Made by a program: the position numbers and the translations under genes. A model generated the notes under the pieces. It made no database searches and was not told the DNA's origin. It saw nothing but the letters and a program-made list of their open reading frames with translations. DNA of 64,000 nt, counting the filler, from Circinaria calcarea (taxonomy: Eukaryota): the NCBI GenBank assembly GCA_051942165.1. It is 15 parts of 15 records of this genome, joined end to end, with 100 filler letters (N's around TTAATTAATTAA, not from the genome) between each part and the next. Parts side by side here need not be neighbours in the genome. Positions count along the whole stretch, not along the records: positions 12,854 to 17,030 come from JAVECS010002418.1; positions 17,131 to 21,306 come from JAVECS010002419.1; positions 21,407 to 25,582 come from JAVECS010002420.1; positions 25,683 to 29,856 come from JAVECS010002421.1; 11 more parts are not named here. One strand, given 5' to 3'. Positions within the stretch are counted from its first letter, which is position 1, and each line of letters begins with the position of its first letter. Shown one piece after another: positions 12,854-28,879 of the stretch.

Positions 12854-15800
12854 GGAGGAGGCGCTGCAACCGGACAAGACGAATGAACAGGATTTTGAGG
12901 TTGCGAATAACCCGTTTGCCTTCTCTCCTGGCCAATTGAACAAACTCCTCAATCCAAAGTCGTTAGCAGCATACAAAGCCCTCGGGGGGATCAAGGGATT
13001 GGAGCGGGGTTTAAGAACTGACATTGTTGCCGGCTTAAGTGTCGACGAGACTTCGTTGGAAGGGAGAATCACCTTTGGAGAGGCCACCAATCTTACCGAA
13101 AAAAATGACATTTACAGAGGACAGTTGCCACGAGAAGTTGAAGCAGTCCCACCCACCGACAGTGCTTCGCAGTACAGCGATAGGAAAAGAGTCTACAAAG
13201 ATAACCGTTTGCCACCAAAGAAATCCCTGAGCATATGGAAGCTGTTTTGGAACGCCTATAACGATCGAATACTGATAATACTTACAATTGCTGCTGGGAT
13301 ATCGCTAGTCCTTGGAATTTACGAGGCTGTCGGTCGGCCGCGAGAGCCAGATGAACCCCAGGGTGTTGACTGGGTTGAAGGTCTTGCAATCCTAATTGCC
13401 ATAGTTATAGTAGTACTTGTTACTGGCATAAACGACTACAGAAGAGAAAAGCAATTCGTGGCACTGAATGCAAAGAAGGACGATCGACAAGTCAAAGCCA
13501 TCCGTTCCGGGAAAACCGTCTTTATCTCCGTGTACGATGTTACTGTGGGTGATGTTCTTCACCTAGAAAGTGGCGACGCAGTTCCGGTAGACGGCATTCT
13601 TATCAGCGGTTACGGTATTCGATGTGACGAATCTTCGGCTACGGGAGAATCAGATTCAAAGAAGAAAACTTCTGGTGATGAGGTTTGGAGTCATATTCAA
13701 GCAGAAACGGCAACCTCAAAACTCGACCCATTCATCATCTCGGGGAGCAAAGTCTTGGAAGGTGTTGGTACTTACCTGGTCACCTCCGTTGGTGTCAACA
13801 GCAGTTTCGGAAAGATTTTGATGTCCCTCCATGCTGAGAACGAAGACACCCCTTTACAAGTGAAACTGGCCAGGTTAGCCAACTGGATCGGTTACGGTGG
13901 TACGGGGGCTGCTGGACTGCTTTTCATTGTCCTTCTTATTCGTTTTCTAGCTGGATTACCAGAGAATCATGGTTCTGCCGCGGAGCGAGGGTCCGAATTT
14001 CTTGATATTCTCATCGTGGCCATCACCATTATCGTTGTTGCTGTCCCTGAAGGTCTTCCGGTGGCGGTCACCCTTGCACTCTCGTTCGCTACCAAAAAAT
14101 TGTTCCGCGAAAATAATCTCGTCAGACACCTCCGTGCCTGCGAGACGATGGGCAATGCGACCACTATATGTTCTGATAAGACTGGTACCCTCACACAGAA
14201 TAAAATGACCGTGGTCGCTGGGAGCCTTGGTACGGACGTTAATTTTGCTCGCGATATTGCTCTCGATCTCAGTGACGAGGAGGTGAAAGTACAGACTTTC
14301 CATGCCGCTTTTGGAAACCTATCCTCTTCTGTCAAAGATCTTCTAGTGCAATCCATCGCAATCAACTCGACGGCGTTCGAGGGCGAAGAGGACGGGAAGT
14401 CCGCCTTTATAGGTTCAAAGACCGAGACCGCCCTCCTTGCTCTCGCCAGAGAGTATTTTGGCATGGGACCACTCGCAGAGGCGCGTACGGCTACAAAGAT
14501 TGTGCAGTTCATTCCATTCGACTCCAATCGCAAATGCTCTGGGGTTGTCATCCACCTCGCATCTGGCAGCTATCGACTACTAGTAAAGGGCGCTGCGGAA
14601 ATCATGCTTGCCAATGCAACGAAAGAGCTCGTTAATGTTTCGGACCAAAGTTTAGAAATTGATGTTCTAACGCAGTCCGCGAGAAGCAAAGCTTCCAGGA
14701 ATATCACAGACTACGCTGAAAAATCCTTGAGGACAATTGGCATGCTCTATCGGGACTTTCAACAATGGCCACCCGCAGGCTCTCGCACTTTGGAAGACGA
14801 CAAGCATATGGCTGTTTTTGAAGATGTTTTTGAGGATATGATCCTGCTCGGAATCGTTGGCCTGCAGGATCCTTTGAGAGACGGTGTTCCCCTTGCCGTC
14901 AAGCGCTGCCAAGACGCCGGTATTGTAGTAAGAATGGTAACAGGTGACTCCGCTACTACTGCCACCGCGATTGCTACTCAATGTGGAATCAAGACGGCGG
15001 ATGGTATCGTGATGGAAGGGCCAAAGTTTCGAGTACTCTCTGACGAGGATCTGGATGAGGTCTTACCGAAGTTACAAGTTCTTGCACGCTCTTCACCGGA
15101 AGATAAATCCATTCTCGTTAACAGACTCAAGTACCTTGGCCAAATAGTGGCTGTCACCGGCGACGGAACTAATGACGCCCCCGCACTCAAAGCCGCCGAC
15201 ATTGGCTTTTCCATGGGCATTGCGGGTACAGAGGTTGCTAAAGAGGCATCCGATGTCATATTGCTCGACGACAATTTCTCAAGCATTATCAGCTCGATCA
15301 TGTGGGGTCGAAGTGTCAACGATGCCGTCGCTAAATTCCTTCAGTTCCAACTCACTGTCAACGTTACAGCAGTGTTCTTGGCCTTTATTTCGGCTGTTTC
15401 TTCGGCTGATTCTCAGTCTGTCCTGACTGCGGTCCAGCTCCTCTGGGTGAATTTGATCATGGACACCTTTGCCGCTCTAGCTCTCGCCACTGATGCTCCG
15501 ACGGAGAAAATCTTGGATCGCAAACCTACACCTCGAAGCGACCCTTTGATTACTACAACTATGTGGAAGATGATTTTTGGTCAAAGTGTGTACCAACTTA
15601 CTGTCACTTTCGTTCTTTATTTTGCTGGAGCTTCCATTCTTGGCTACGACACCATTACAGATCCGAAACTTATGGAACTGCGGGATAAACAGCTTGATAC
15701 TATTGTATTCAACACGTTCGTCTGGATGCAGATATTTAACCAGTATAACAACCGCCGTTTGGATAACAAGTTCAACATTTTCGAGGGAATACATCGGAAT

Positions 15801-16271
15801 TATTTTTTCATGGTTCTCAACGTTATAATGGTTGGCGGCCAGGTCATGATTATCTTCTTTGGTGGGGAGGCATTCCAGGTCGAAAGGATCGATGCTCCAC
15901 AGTGGGCTATTTGCATTTTGTGCGCACTGCCGTGTATGCTATGGGCAGTGGTGTTGAGATGCATACCAGACGAGTGGGCGGCGGCCGTCTTTGGTGCTGT
16001 TGGAAAGATATTCTTCGGGATATACAGACCAGTCGCCCGGCTGATGTCTTTGATATGCCGGCCAATAGGGAAGGGTTGGAGATCTTTCTCCAAGTTGATA
16101 ATTGCCCCAATGAAAAGAGGATTGAGGCGTGCCTTTTCGAAAATGTCTGGACGGAAAGACACGGAGTCCACCAAACCCTGCGATGAAGAGGCAATAGCCC
16201 TCTCACAAACACCAACACCCGTCTCTCCCGTGAGGAACTTACCACCCATTACGCTTACTACAGCCACTTAA
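12854..16271 (+). CDS. PMC1: P-type IIB Ca2+-ATPase (Pmc1/PMCA-like), 5'-truncated
   Basis: DESSATGES, VAVPEGLP, ICSDKTGTLT, KGAAE, MVTGD, TGDGTNDAPALK, LLWVNLIMDT. Confidence 0.95.
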
Positions 16272-17130
16272 CAGTTGATACATTCTTTCATGTACATCTT
16301 TCATTTTTTGCATAGCGTCGGTGTTTGGCTTCTGCTATGGTTGGATAATATGGGGCATGGCATATACGGCGTTGGATATTGTGTATGGTCAAGAGTGGGG
16401 GGGATTTATTTATTTTTGAGTAGCACATTCGAGTTGGTTTTCATTAGTTCATGGGCGGTAGGAAGGCATTTTCGTTCGAGACACATCGAGGCCGCTTGCA
16501 AGATACCCACTTTCGATACATGGCTAAAACTTGATATATTCAAAATACCCCACTTCCCAGCTATGATGAAACCATATGTATTTTTCTTAATATCTCAAAC
16601 CCCAGTGAAGGCAACCACTTCAACCCCTTTTGCCTTTCCCAAGTCTCTCCCCGCTTCCATCAAACCCCTTGCAAATACAACCTAGGGTCGAGCATGAAAC
16701 ATTCAACATCCCCGGTTCATTACTTTTGCTTTTTGCAACCACGTCCCATATACTTTTCGTCTCCAACAGCCCTAGCCATGAAAACCACAACCCTGATAAT
16801 AGGGCTCGAGTGGAACGTGGAACGGTGCACTACCCCAATCCCAATCTCCGTCTCCGTGCCAAATCGTTTGCTACAGAGGCGGAGGGGGGAAGGGGAGGAG
16901 GACTCGTCTCGCCTCAAGCTCTTTTTGTAAAAGATTACAGCAGAATTAATGGCGGCTCCCCTATTCCTGGTGCTGGGCTTTTGAGGTAGTAAGGAGGTTG
17001 GGAGGTGAGGTAATGTGTATGTTATAGGAGNNNNNNNNNNNNNNNNNNNNNNNNNNNNNNNNNNNNNNNNNNNNTTAATTAATTAANNNNNNNNNNNNNN
17101 NNNNNNNNNNNNNNNNNNNNNNNNNNNNNN

Positions 17131-17271
17131 AGTAGAGATCAGAGCGAAGCGTTCACAAGCGGCGTGGACCTCTTTATGACCAAACCAATCTCGTTCAAGG
17201 AGATTGGTCGACTGTTAGACAATTGGGAGGCGAACAGTGGGATTGCCGGGTATGAGGTTGTAAGTCCTTGA
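17131..17271 (+). CDS. C-terminal receiver domain of a hybrid histidine kinase/response regulator (fragment)
   Basis: SRDQSEAFTSGVDLFMTKPISFKEIGRLLDNW..*; G-x-D..KP end of a REC domain. Confidence 0.8.
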   Translation, partial: SRDQSEAFTSGVDLFMTKPISFKEIGRLLDNWEANSGIAGYEVVSP

Positions 17272-18056
17272 GAAGCGGTAAAAGGGGCTTGAGCTTGGTG
17301 AAGGGGTGTACATGTCAAGGTGAGATTTCATACATGTTTGTATGTGCTTGGGGAACCTAGATCCCAAGGAAAAGCATTGGCGCGGCAGGTAATCAAAGGA
17401 CCTGGTGCATCTGCTGCGCCCACGGCATCGATACCCGACTGGTGGCATAGTTTTAGGATGTTGGTCATAGAAAATGAACCTTTTGGATATATAGAATAGA
17501 AATAGACAAACTTGACACCATATTTACTACATGTGGAGCCATGTGTTAAGTCAGTCAGTCAATCATCACCCGAAGACCTAAAATTCCCCTTGGTGCAATA
17601 GAGAGACCCCCTGCCATACCAAAGCTAGCAATCTTATCGTCTTTGATCGCACACCCCTCGTTTACATCTCAGAGCCCCAGGCCTCCTGGTATGGTAGATC
17701 CGCGAAGAAACCCTCGCTTTAGGATCTGAAATCCATTTCTTGACCCAAAAAAAAGAGAAGCAAAAATGCCCTGCGGATATTTTGTATCCGCGGGCGCCTA
17801 TCTCTCTTACTCACTCCCCTTTAAGATAATAGGAATCGGTGCTCCAGACCCAACCCCAGCCCCTTCCCCCCCCCCCCTTCCAGACCCCAGATAACCCGCA
17901 CGCCGCTGATCACATCACCCGCACAGGGGACTACATGCAGACAGACAGACAGACAGACAAGACAGGGTATTCAACAGGCCGCGGGTATTTGGTCTGTTAT
18001 TCTTGATTCCGGGTTGGTGTTGGTATTGGTGTAGGTGGGGCATATTATCGTTGCCC

Positions 18057-18092
18057 GGATGGATGGATGGATGGATGGATGGATGGATGGAT
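18057..18092. repeat. (GGAT)9 microsatellite; short (CAGA)n near 17938-17959
   Basis: Read directly. Confidence 0.95.
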
Positions 18093-19212
18093 AGGAGACG
18101 GACAAGTGGGAGTGGCGTATGTGAAGGGGGGTTGCCTGTCCCGCCTGTTGGTTGGTTGGTCAGTCATCTAGGTAGGTACCTACCTATCTACGGAGCGGGG
18201 GTTTGTTTCTTTCCTATATGTAACTTAGTACAAGTATGTTTGTTTGTAGAACTACAGGAATCTGGAATAGACAGACAATACGCCCCTTGCTTCCACGCGG
18301 TCAATCAAGAAAGAACCTTGCTTTGTCCATACGGTCTCGTGGGATATTTATCATTTTGCTCCCCCCGAAGGCTGATATAGGTTATGTATATATATGTATA
18401 TATATGGACTACTTGGAAGATAAGGTGGTAGGTAGCCAATCTATCCCTCTCTCTCTCTCCTTCTTTGCCGCAATGGGCCGTGATTCGAAATTTGACTCCT
18501 CCGACTGATATTTTTCGAGGCGAGAGGGAAAGGAAGGAAGGGGTGCGGAGAGTAGTACCCGACCGTTTGCAGCAGGTGGAGATTTGAGACTTTTGGGGTG
18601 GGAAGGGTTTAACTGGTTTCGGCTGCTTATTTTGGAAAAGGAAGGAAAGGGGGTTTTAGGGCTGCTGATGGGAGTTAAGGGGAAGTTTAGGTCCACGGGC
18701 GAGAAAAGGGCTTGGTTAATTGGGAAATATAGCGGTTTGTATGGATTACTGTGGATAGAGGAGATAGGGTGTGTTAATAAAGGTATTTATTTCCCCCCCA
18801 AACGAAGCTCCTTTTTTATTTCTCCTTTGGTAAGAAGTGGAGTGAGGACGACGGTAAGCCGTACTGCACACCTATGTAAAATACAAGCACCCTACGTAAT
18901 CTACTGGTATTATTAATTTACCCTGTCGCTGAGGGGGGATTCATGAAAAGGTGCGTGGGAGAAAGGAATGGCACCTTTGGGGTGCGTGGCAGATGTTCGC
19001 CGTTAGAAAAATTTGACGGGTGGCCAATAATAACTTTTGGCCCATACTCTTACTTAATTCACTCCTTTGTGCCTGAGGCCGTACCAACTGCCCGCCCTAA
19101 CCAGCCCGAGAGTCTCATCGGAAAGTTCCAAATACCCCCCGATCCGGGGCCGTTTCGGGCGATAGCTGAGTTCCTTTCCCGGCACAAACGGCAAAAAGAA
19201 AGGGCCAAAATT

Positions 19213-19319
19213 TGGAGCAGCGGCGGATCGAACGCCGGGCCTTCCGCAATTATACAATTACTGAGTGCTACCGCGACTCGCTATGCAAAGCGGACGCTCT
19301 ACCACTGAGCCACAACCCC
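19213..19319 (-). tRNA. tRNA-Ala(UGC) with ~35-nt intron
   Basis: GGGGTTG TG GCTCAGTGGTAGAGC G TCCGC TT TGC A [intron] T GCGGA AGGCC CGGCG TTCGATC CGCCG CTGCTCC A; G3:U70 Ala determinant; one U:U mismatch in the acceptor stem; T4 run just downstream. Confidence 0.92.
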
Positions 19320-21406
19320 TACTTTTAAGATGATGAATCTTATTTACATTATCATTCATCGCAAAAAACATTCTATTGTAAGAACGCTTGTTTTTGACCG
19401 AGATCTTTTCCGAGCTTTTTTTATGCGATATATGAGTTGAGAAACTTCACGATCTCGATAGAAATGCTTAAGGGCTAAAAGGTGGATGGGGGTCGAGCTA
19501 TCATGTACTTTCAAACTACCTGTCTAGGTGAGCGGCGCACCGTGGACGCAAAATATATGGACTTCTCTTCGCTGAAAAGGTGGAGTGATGGATTTTCACC
19601 AGACGAGAGATTGGAAGTTTCTACATTCTATAATCTACATACAGGTGACGAGTACTGCACGGGATGCTCCTACCCATCCGTTTTCAAAGAATTCGAGGGT
19701 ATGATAGAACCCTAGTCTAAATAGGTCTAAAAATATATGACTCGATAACTGGTGCGTCGTGACTAGTCGATTCTACGTGCGCCGAACTGTCTTGCACGAC
19801 CCCTATCACTTGAATCAGTCGAGGGGGACCTATGGTGGGTGCATCTTGAAGGATTAAAAATAGAGCATATCGGTAGGTACACGTCGGGGTATCGACGCGA
19901 AGGAGGAGCCCCAAACAGTATATCCCTCCCCCTGGAGCTTACAGCACAACAAAATATGACTCCCCTACCCCCAAAAGCAACACTTACCCCAAACCGAACA
20001 ACCTCAACCGTCCCAGGTCCGTTTTTATTGTAATTCCAAACTACTCCCAGTCCCTTCCAATCCCGCACCCACACGACTTGGACCCAAACGGCCGTGAGGG
20101 TGCTTAATCTCTCCCATGCATCATCCATCCATACGAGTAGGCTATAGGATCATTTTCTCGAACCACCTGCCTGCCTGCCTACCACCCATCAACTCACCAC
20201 ACCCCTCGAGGTGGGGACCTACCAGGACAGACCGTACGGGCATCTATCTCCCCCCTTTGCTCTAATTCTACGTGATTAACCAGTAAATCTAACATTCACC
20301 AGATCGGGAGACACTCCTCGAGCATGATTAACTACCTCACTGAGCCTACGTACCTTTCGGGTTATGACTTGGTTGCTGAGGAGCGTAAAATGCCATCTAC
20401 TCTGAGCAAAGTCAGCACGGCTCTCCTTTTTATTTTGGAGTGATAGCAATGGTGCCTTTTGGTGAAGGAGGGGAATGGTGATTTAACGGGAGAGGAGGTT
20501 TGACCGAAGGCGGCCACGCGCGAGATGGGGATGGATAGAACTGGGCTGATCGGTGTGGGTGATATGCTGCATGAGCTTGGGCCGCTCTTTGCGTCTGATA
20601 AGTTAGATGATGCCTTCTCCAGTCCTTTGGTAATCTTACCATTTCCACCGATCTCATATACGCATGTGACCAAGGTTCACGCATTCCAGAACTTGAAAGA
20701 CCCCCCAGTTCCCAAGGTATAACGTGAGGAACGACTCTTGGCACAGTGGGTACCACCCCGTGGACATATATATCTCAGAGGAGACTGCTATTTGCCATGT
20801 TGTTCCGGGGACTTGCTGTTAGTATGTCGCCATTTGGGAACTGGATCCTAATTTGAAAATGAGAAGCTCTGGGTTCTAGCAAAGTAGCAGCTCAGTGGCA
20901 GCGCCTCGTCCCAGGCTTCTATGAGGCAACTACTTCGGCGCTGGCAACTACGTCAATCACGTCGGATATCAAGTAGCCCACTCAATTGAAAGATGGGACT
21001 GCTATGGTTGGGGGTATCATTTCGGTTCCGAAGGGGGTACCGCTCCCTTTTGACGCGTAGAGGGAGTATTTGGGTTATAAGCCTATGACCATGAGAGTCC
21101 TTCTTCATGAGCAATTGGTATTGAACGCAAAGGACGTTTGCCATTGACGGGTTTGAACTTGGTTAGCCAAGTGCCACGAAATCGAAATAATCTCCTTCAT
21201 TCCATGTGTACGTAAGGTTGTTATAGTCTCAAATTACATGGCATAGCAAACAGAAACAGAAATATTCCCTCAAAGATCGAAGACCAACGCCTACCATAGT
21301 TTACCGNNNNNNNNNNNNNNNNNNNNNNNNNNNNNNNNNNNNNNNNNNNNTTAATTAATTAANNNNNNNNNNNNNNNNNNNNNNNNNNNNNNNNNNNNNN
21401 NNNNNN

Positions 21407-22813
21407 GGGGGAAGGAGAGCTGAACGTGGGGGAAGGCGCGGGCGGAAAGGAAGGCGCGGAGGCTGGTGGGGAGTTAGGATCTTCTGGGCATTTTGAGGAA
21501 AGAAGGTTGAGGTGGGATGGAACGGGTGGGAGGTAAGAAGGAAAAGCTTACATGGTTTTTAAGAATCCGTTAGAAGCGACGCCACCGCTTATGACGAGGG
21601 TATCTATCTCCTTTTTGCTTGTGCTGTTGGTTTTCATGGTTTGCAGGGCCATTACGACCCTGCTGGCCAAGTGCTCGAAGGCGACTCTCATCGCTTCCTT
21701 TCCGAGTTCTCTTCTCTCCTCAACATCTATTTCTCCGCTCTTATTTGACATGATCCGTCGGCAGGAGGTCTCTAACCCGGTGAAGCTGAATTCCATACTC
21801 TTGCTTTTCGATCCTGACCTTGTCTCCGCCAATGGAATGCCAAGACCCCAACCCCAGCGCGTCATCTTGCGTTCAAGCTCGTCCGCGCGCCGTAATGGGG
21901 CGCTATAGGCGTATTGCCTGTCTTTTTCAGGAGGAAAGACCAAATCTTCAAGCAGGCGTCCGTACATGATTTCACCTGATGTGGAAAGAATGTCGGATGG
22001 GAGAACAGAGCGGGCAATCTTATCCAGGGCATCACCGATGGCGATGTTAGAAGTTTTGGCTAGAATGCGGTGGGTGGTTAGGCTTTGAGAGTGGACGAGA
22101 AGAGTATGGCCTCCGGAGACGAGGAGAGAGAGGAAAGGGAAGGAAGGTTGAGCTGGCGTAGACGGAGCTGTAGGTTCGAGGGCCGAGACAAGGCGTGGTG
22201 TGAGAGCGTGCGCTTGCATATGGTTCACACCGACCAAGGGAATTTGCCAAGCTACGGCAAGACCTTTGGCTGTGTCGATGCCGGTGGAAAGGCTAGAGCG
22301 CATGCCGGGTCCGCGAGTGACGGAGATAAAGTCAGGTTTACGCTTGAGGATAGGCGCATGGCCGGGTAGGCGGATGGTGATGACTGGAGAAGCCGGCTCG
22401 GAGGGAGCTGGCAGGGTAATAAGAGCCTTGTTTACTAATTCCCCAAGATTGGTTTGGTGAGAATCGAGTGAGACGAGGGGGTGGACACCGCGGAATTGAC
22501 TGTTGTCGGCGGTGACCTTCTCATTGAAATGGAGGCATGCGGATGGTCGAAATGAAGGTTGTACGGAGGACTGCGGGGAAGAGTCATACTTTTCGAGAAT
22601 GGCAACAGATGTATCATCACTGTCTTGTCAACCAGAATTCCAGTCTAGATACCCGCCAGCTTCAGCTTACCATGAAGTTTCAATGGCGAGGGTCAACAAA
22701 GAGCGCCTGGTAGGACGGGTGAGCAGCGCGGATGAGCTCTGCCTTTGATGTAAACGATACTGAGCGGATACTCCACGTGAGCAGATCAGATGCCGACATT
22801 TCGATATCAGCAT
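21407..22813 (-). CDS. QRI7: Mitochondrial tRNA t6A threonylcarbamoyltransferase (Qri7/OSGEPL1), 3'-truncated
   Basis: Arg/Ser-rich presequence, LLTLAIETSC|DDTSVAI, VTRGPGM, GVNHMQAHALTPR, LLVSGGHT, AIGDALDK, FSFTGL, VISGGVASN. Confidence 0.93.
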
Positions 22814-23305
22814 TCGCCTTCCCACCTGACGTATAAAGACTGCCTACTCCCAACTCCACTCCGGACAAAACAATAGTGGGATTCCAAGTGCTCGGGTCCT
22901 GCCGTTCCGACCTCCCGACAGGGAAAACCTTATATGCGGCATTGCCGATCTCGGAAATCTTCAAGATTAGCCGGCAGGGGTCAATCCTTTGGGGAGATTG
23001 CCAAGTGAGATGAAGCTCGAATTCTCTCTCGTACAGTCAGATCGCTCCAGCCTGTCCAATTTCATTTTGTCAACCTCGTTCGTCTTTGCTATTCGAGAAC
23101 TGTACATTTCGGAGTTGCCCTGGATAATCGATAAACGCCAAGCGTCCCGAGAAAAAGCAAATCCTCCGTACAGCCGGAGAGGTAAATGCGCCGAGGCCTG
23201 TCAATTGATACAAACTGACCATCGTAGCGGGGTCCTCGACACTGTTCGCTTTCGGAGGACCTATTGCATCAAAGAATCTGCTGACTCCCGAGTCTATCCG
23301 TCCAG

Positions 23306-25582
23306 ATGGCCACGGTGAAGGAAGCGGTGAAGGAATCCCTCGTAGGAACAACGAGGGAGCCCCAACTGTCGCAGCAGGCTCGCGCCACCTTTGACCGCAA
23401 CGCAAGGCAAGATGATAGCTCGGACGAGCCATATATGACAGAGGAAGACTTTGTCAATGCCATTGCGCCGCCGAACGAAGATTATGTGAGTTCCAGACTG
23501 TGTTGAGACCGTCAGGTGCAAGCAAGCTGTTCTCCATGACGCTGATGGATAATCCAGCACAAAATCAAGCGAGAACAGTACGCAATCCTCTTTGGCATTG
23601 CCGACCGACGAAAGACTGGGCGCGTTACCCTCCACGATTGGGGCCTTTTTGAAAACCTGCTCTCAAAGCCCGACGCCGAGTATGAAATCGCCTTTCGGCT
23701 TTTCGATCAAGAAGAGACGGGTACAATTAAGTACGACGACTTTCAAAGGCTTTACAACATGAATAAAGGAGAGGATACTATACCATTCGACTGGAATTGC
23801 GAGTGGGCCGACTTGTATATAGGAGGGAAGAAGCGACGACATGACATGACATATCCACAATTCTCACAGATGCTGCGTGGTTTACAAGGAGAGCGTATAC
23901 GACAGGCGTTTCACTACTTTGACAAGGATGGCGATGGGTATATAGAACCGGAGGATTTTCAACGCATCATTCTCGAGACGGCGAAACACAAACTTTCAGA
24001 TCATTTGCTCGAAAACCTTCATACCCTCTGCAACATCTCCACCGGAAGCAAGATCTCTTATGCAAACGTTCGCGCCTTTCAAAATGTCATACGGGAGATG
24101 GATCTGGTGGATTTGATCATCCGGAATGCTACACAGAAGAGCGAGGACGGCAAGATTACACGAACAGATTTCCTAAACGAAGCTGCTCGAATAACAAGGT
24201 TCTCCCTATTCACGCCCATGGAAGCCGACATCCTTTTTCACTTTGCCAGTCTAGACGTACCTTCGGGTAGACTAGCCCTGGCTGACTTCGCCAAGGTCGT
24301 CGACTCGTCGTGGCAAAGTGCCTACTCTCTAGGTGTGGGTGTAGCAGGGATAGCTTCCGACGCCGCCAACAAGGCCATGACGAGGTCGAAGAGATACTTG
24401 CACAATGTGCTGGAATCGGCGCATCACTTTGGTCTCGGAAGTTTAGCTGGTGCGTTTGGTGCATTCATGGTCTACCCCATCGACCTGGTAAAGACTAGAA
24501 TGCAGAACCAGCGAAGTGGAAGAGTCGGACAGATGCTGTACAAAAATTCCCTGGATTGCGCCAAGAAGGTGATAGCGAATGAAGGATTCAGGGGTTTGTA
24601 CTCGGGGGTCCTCCCACAACTGGTTGGCGTGGCTCCCGAGAAAGCGATAAAGCTTACCGTCAATGATTTGATAAGAGGGCATTTTTCAGAAAAGGAAAGT
24701 GGAAAAATCTGGTGGCCTCACGAGATTTTAGCCGGTGGTACAGCAGGAGCCTGTCAAGTCGTAAGAAAATCCTGATTCAACCCAAACGCAGAATCAAAAG
24801 TCTTTTGCCTAACTTCTCCTTGTCAGGTCTTTACCAACCCCCTCGAAATCGTGAAAATCCGGCTCCAAGTCCAAGGCGAAGTCGCCAAAACGGCCGACAT
24901 CCCCCGCCGCTCCGCCATGTGGATCGTCAAGAACCTCGGTCTTGTAGGTCTCTACAAAGGTGCCAGTGCCTGCCTCCTCCGCGACGTCCCCTTTTCCGCA
25001 ATCTACTTCCCTACTTACAACCACCTGAAACGCGATCTCTTCGGCGAAGGCCCTAACAAGAAACTCGGCGTCCTGCACCTCCTCACCGCGGGTGCCATTG
25101 CGGGTATGCCGGCAGCCTACCTAACAACGCCTTGTGATGTCATCAAGACCCGTTTACAGGTGGAAGCGCGCAAGGGCGAGACCAAGTACACATCATTGCG
25201 GCACTGTGCCAAGACCGTATACGCTGAAGAAGGTTTCCGCGCCTTCTTCAAGGGTGGGCCCGCCCGCATCCTGCGCTCGTCGCCGCAGTTCGGCTTCACC
25301 CTTGCCGCGTACGAGGTCCTGCAGAAACTCCTGCCCATGCCGGGAAGTACCGACGCCGAGGACGCGGTCCGCGGACCCTCGGCCGGACATGTGGAACCGG
25401 GCGTTGGACTGCAAGAAACCAAGGTACCGTTACCCTATCTCCGCAGTCGGAACGCATTGAAGATTATCCTCGACTTGGATGAGAATTTCGGGAGGCCGAA
25501 GGCGGGGAAGAATGAGGAGGGAAGGGGATGGGTGCCGTTGCCGCGGATGAAGATTCCCACTCCCACCGGGGTGGTGGGGGGG
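23306..25582 (+). CDS. AGC1: Ca2+-binding mitochondrial aspartate/glutamate carrier (Aralar/citrin-like); exons ~23306-23485, 23558-24760, 24827-end; 3' end at contig edge
   Basis: EF-hand [13 protein letters not shown]; three carrier repeats [30 protein letters not shown]. Confidence 0.95.
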
Positions 25583-25682
25583 NNNNNNNNNNNNNNNNNN
25601 NNNNNNNNNNNNNNNNNNNNNNNNNNTTAATTAATTAANNNNNNNNNNNNNNNNNNNNNNNNNNNNNNNNNNNNNNNNNNNN

Positions 25683-26064
25683 ACCCAGACGCTATATGGT
25701 CAGGGTACTATGCGTTTCTCCACAGAAGAGATCAGCTCGTTCAGGAAGCAGATTTGGGAGAACCTGAATGCACTACTTATTGCGTCCAGATGTAAAAAGA
25801 AAGAGACTGGTACCGGTAGCGCAGTATTTTGGGTTTTGGGAAGGAATGAACCTTCTGAAGCAGATACTGTTGTGTTCGGCTTTATTTGTTCTGCACTCGT
25901 CTGCACTGCGTAAGTGGTTTTCGGTGATTTGAGTTTTGTAACTTACTGATAGCGTTTGCAGAGCGCCTGAAACTCGAAAAGTGGTGAAAAGCTTCCCGGT
26001 AGCGGTGGAGTATGCGCGAAGGATTCATGACCGTTACTTTCCGGAGTATATTCTCTGGGAGTAG
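25683..26064 (+). CDS. Metaxin/FAX-like GST C-terminal domain protein, 3' fragment (intron 25910-25961)
   Basis: LYGQGTMRFSTEEI..FWVLGRNEPSEADTVVFGFICSALVCTA|APETRKVVKSFPVAVEYARRIHDRYFPEY. Confidence 0.75.
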
Positions 26065-26973
26065 GTATGCAATTTACTAGAAACGATATGTAATCGAGGT
26101 GGCGTCGCAGAAATACTTGCAATACTTAAAAAACAGCTCCGATTGTAAAAGAGATACTATTTATTCTAGCCCTCCCTATATATTTCTTAAAATTACACCA
26201 TTTGGATAACTATTATATTAGAATGTGCAATAATGGCACGGTGCGAATGCATTGATATTAATATAAATTGGTAGTATTCCATATATTTTATATAGAAGGA
26301 AGAACAATGCGGGCATAGCCTCTATATACTATAATCGTAGAGATAGTAGTATTCGCGCAAATAATATGGGTAATAAACCCTAAACCCTGCATATTCCATA
26401 TGCGTGCCGTGTGTACGCTAAGCCATAGTAACTTGAATCGGATAGTATTAGCCTGAATCGTGATATATTAAATACTCGGAATAAAATACCAAACAACGAT
26501 CTATATTTCTACAAACCTTATTACGACAATGTTATATATACCGTCACCACACTCCTTCTTGAATACCTCTAAAAACCAAGTGGCATTGCTGCCTCCTCGG
26601 AGGCTCACGTCACTCACTTTCCCAATCTTGGCACAAGGATGCTTACTGCTAGTCTCTGAAACTCTCAACGGAACACACGGAGGCAATAAATTTCTAGAAA
26701 CTACTGCCGGCCCGGACTGGCAACGTACGAGTAAGAGGACAAGCAAGTCACAGCTATACCACACGAGGCAGACGATCCCCTGGCTCCCGGACTTGCTGTA
26801 GGTAAGAGAGTAAGAAATACCCAGCAAAGAATACGAGGAGACCATGTCTTGACAGGGCTTACTTTACTCACCAGTCTTATTCAAGGCTGCCTCGCTATCA
26901 GTCTAGTACATGATAATAGTTGCCTTGGTATTTGCTTTCCCTCCGTTGTTTTCCGTTACTCCGAGATGCTCCT

Positions 26974-28879
<1,906 letters not shown>

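Noticed and set aside
20883..20951. tRNA-like or structured element (GCTCAGTGGCAGCGC, two alternative 7-bp stems, GGCAACTAC twice)
   Set aside because: No T-arm/B-box or cloverleaf; stems this short arise by chance and there is no second copy for covariation.
17300..21306. Many 60-125 aa ORFs in contig 5
   Set aside because: No motifs, overlap microsatellites or the tRNA; consistent with intergenic DNA.
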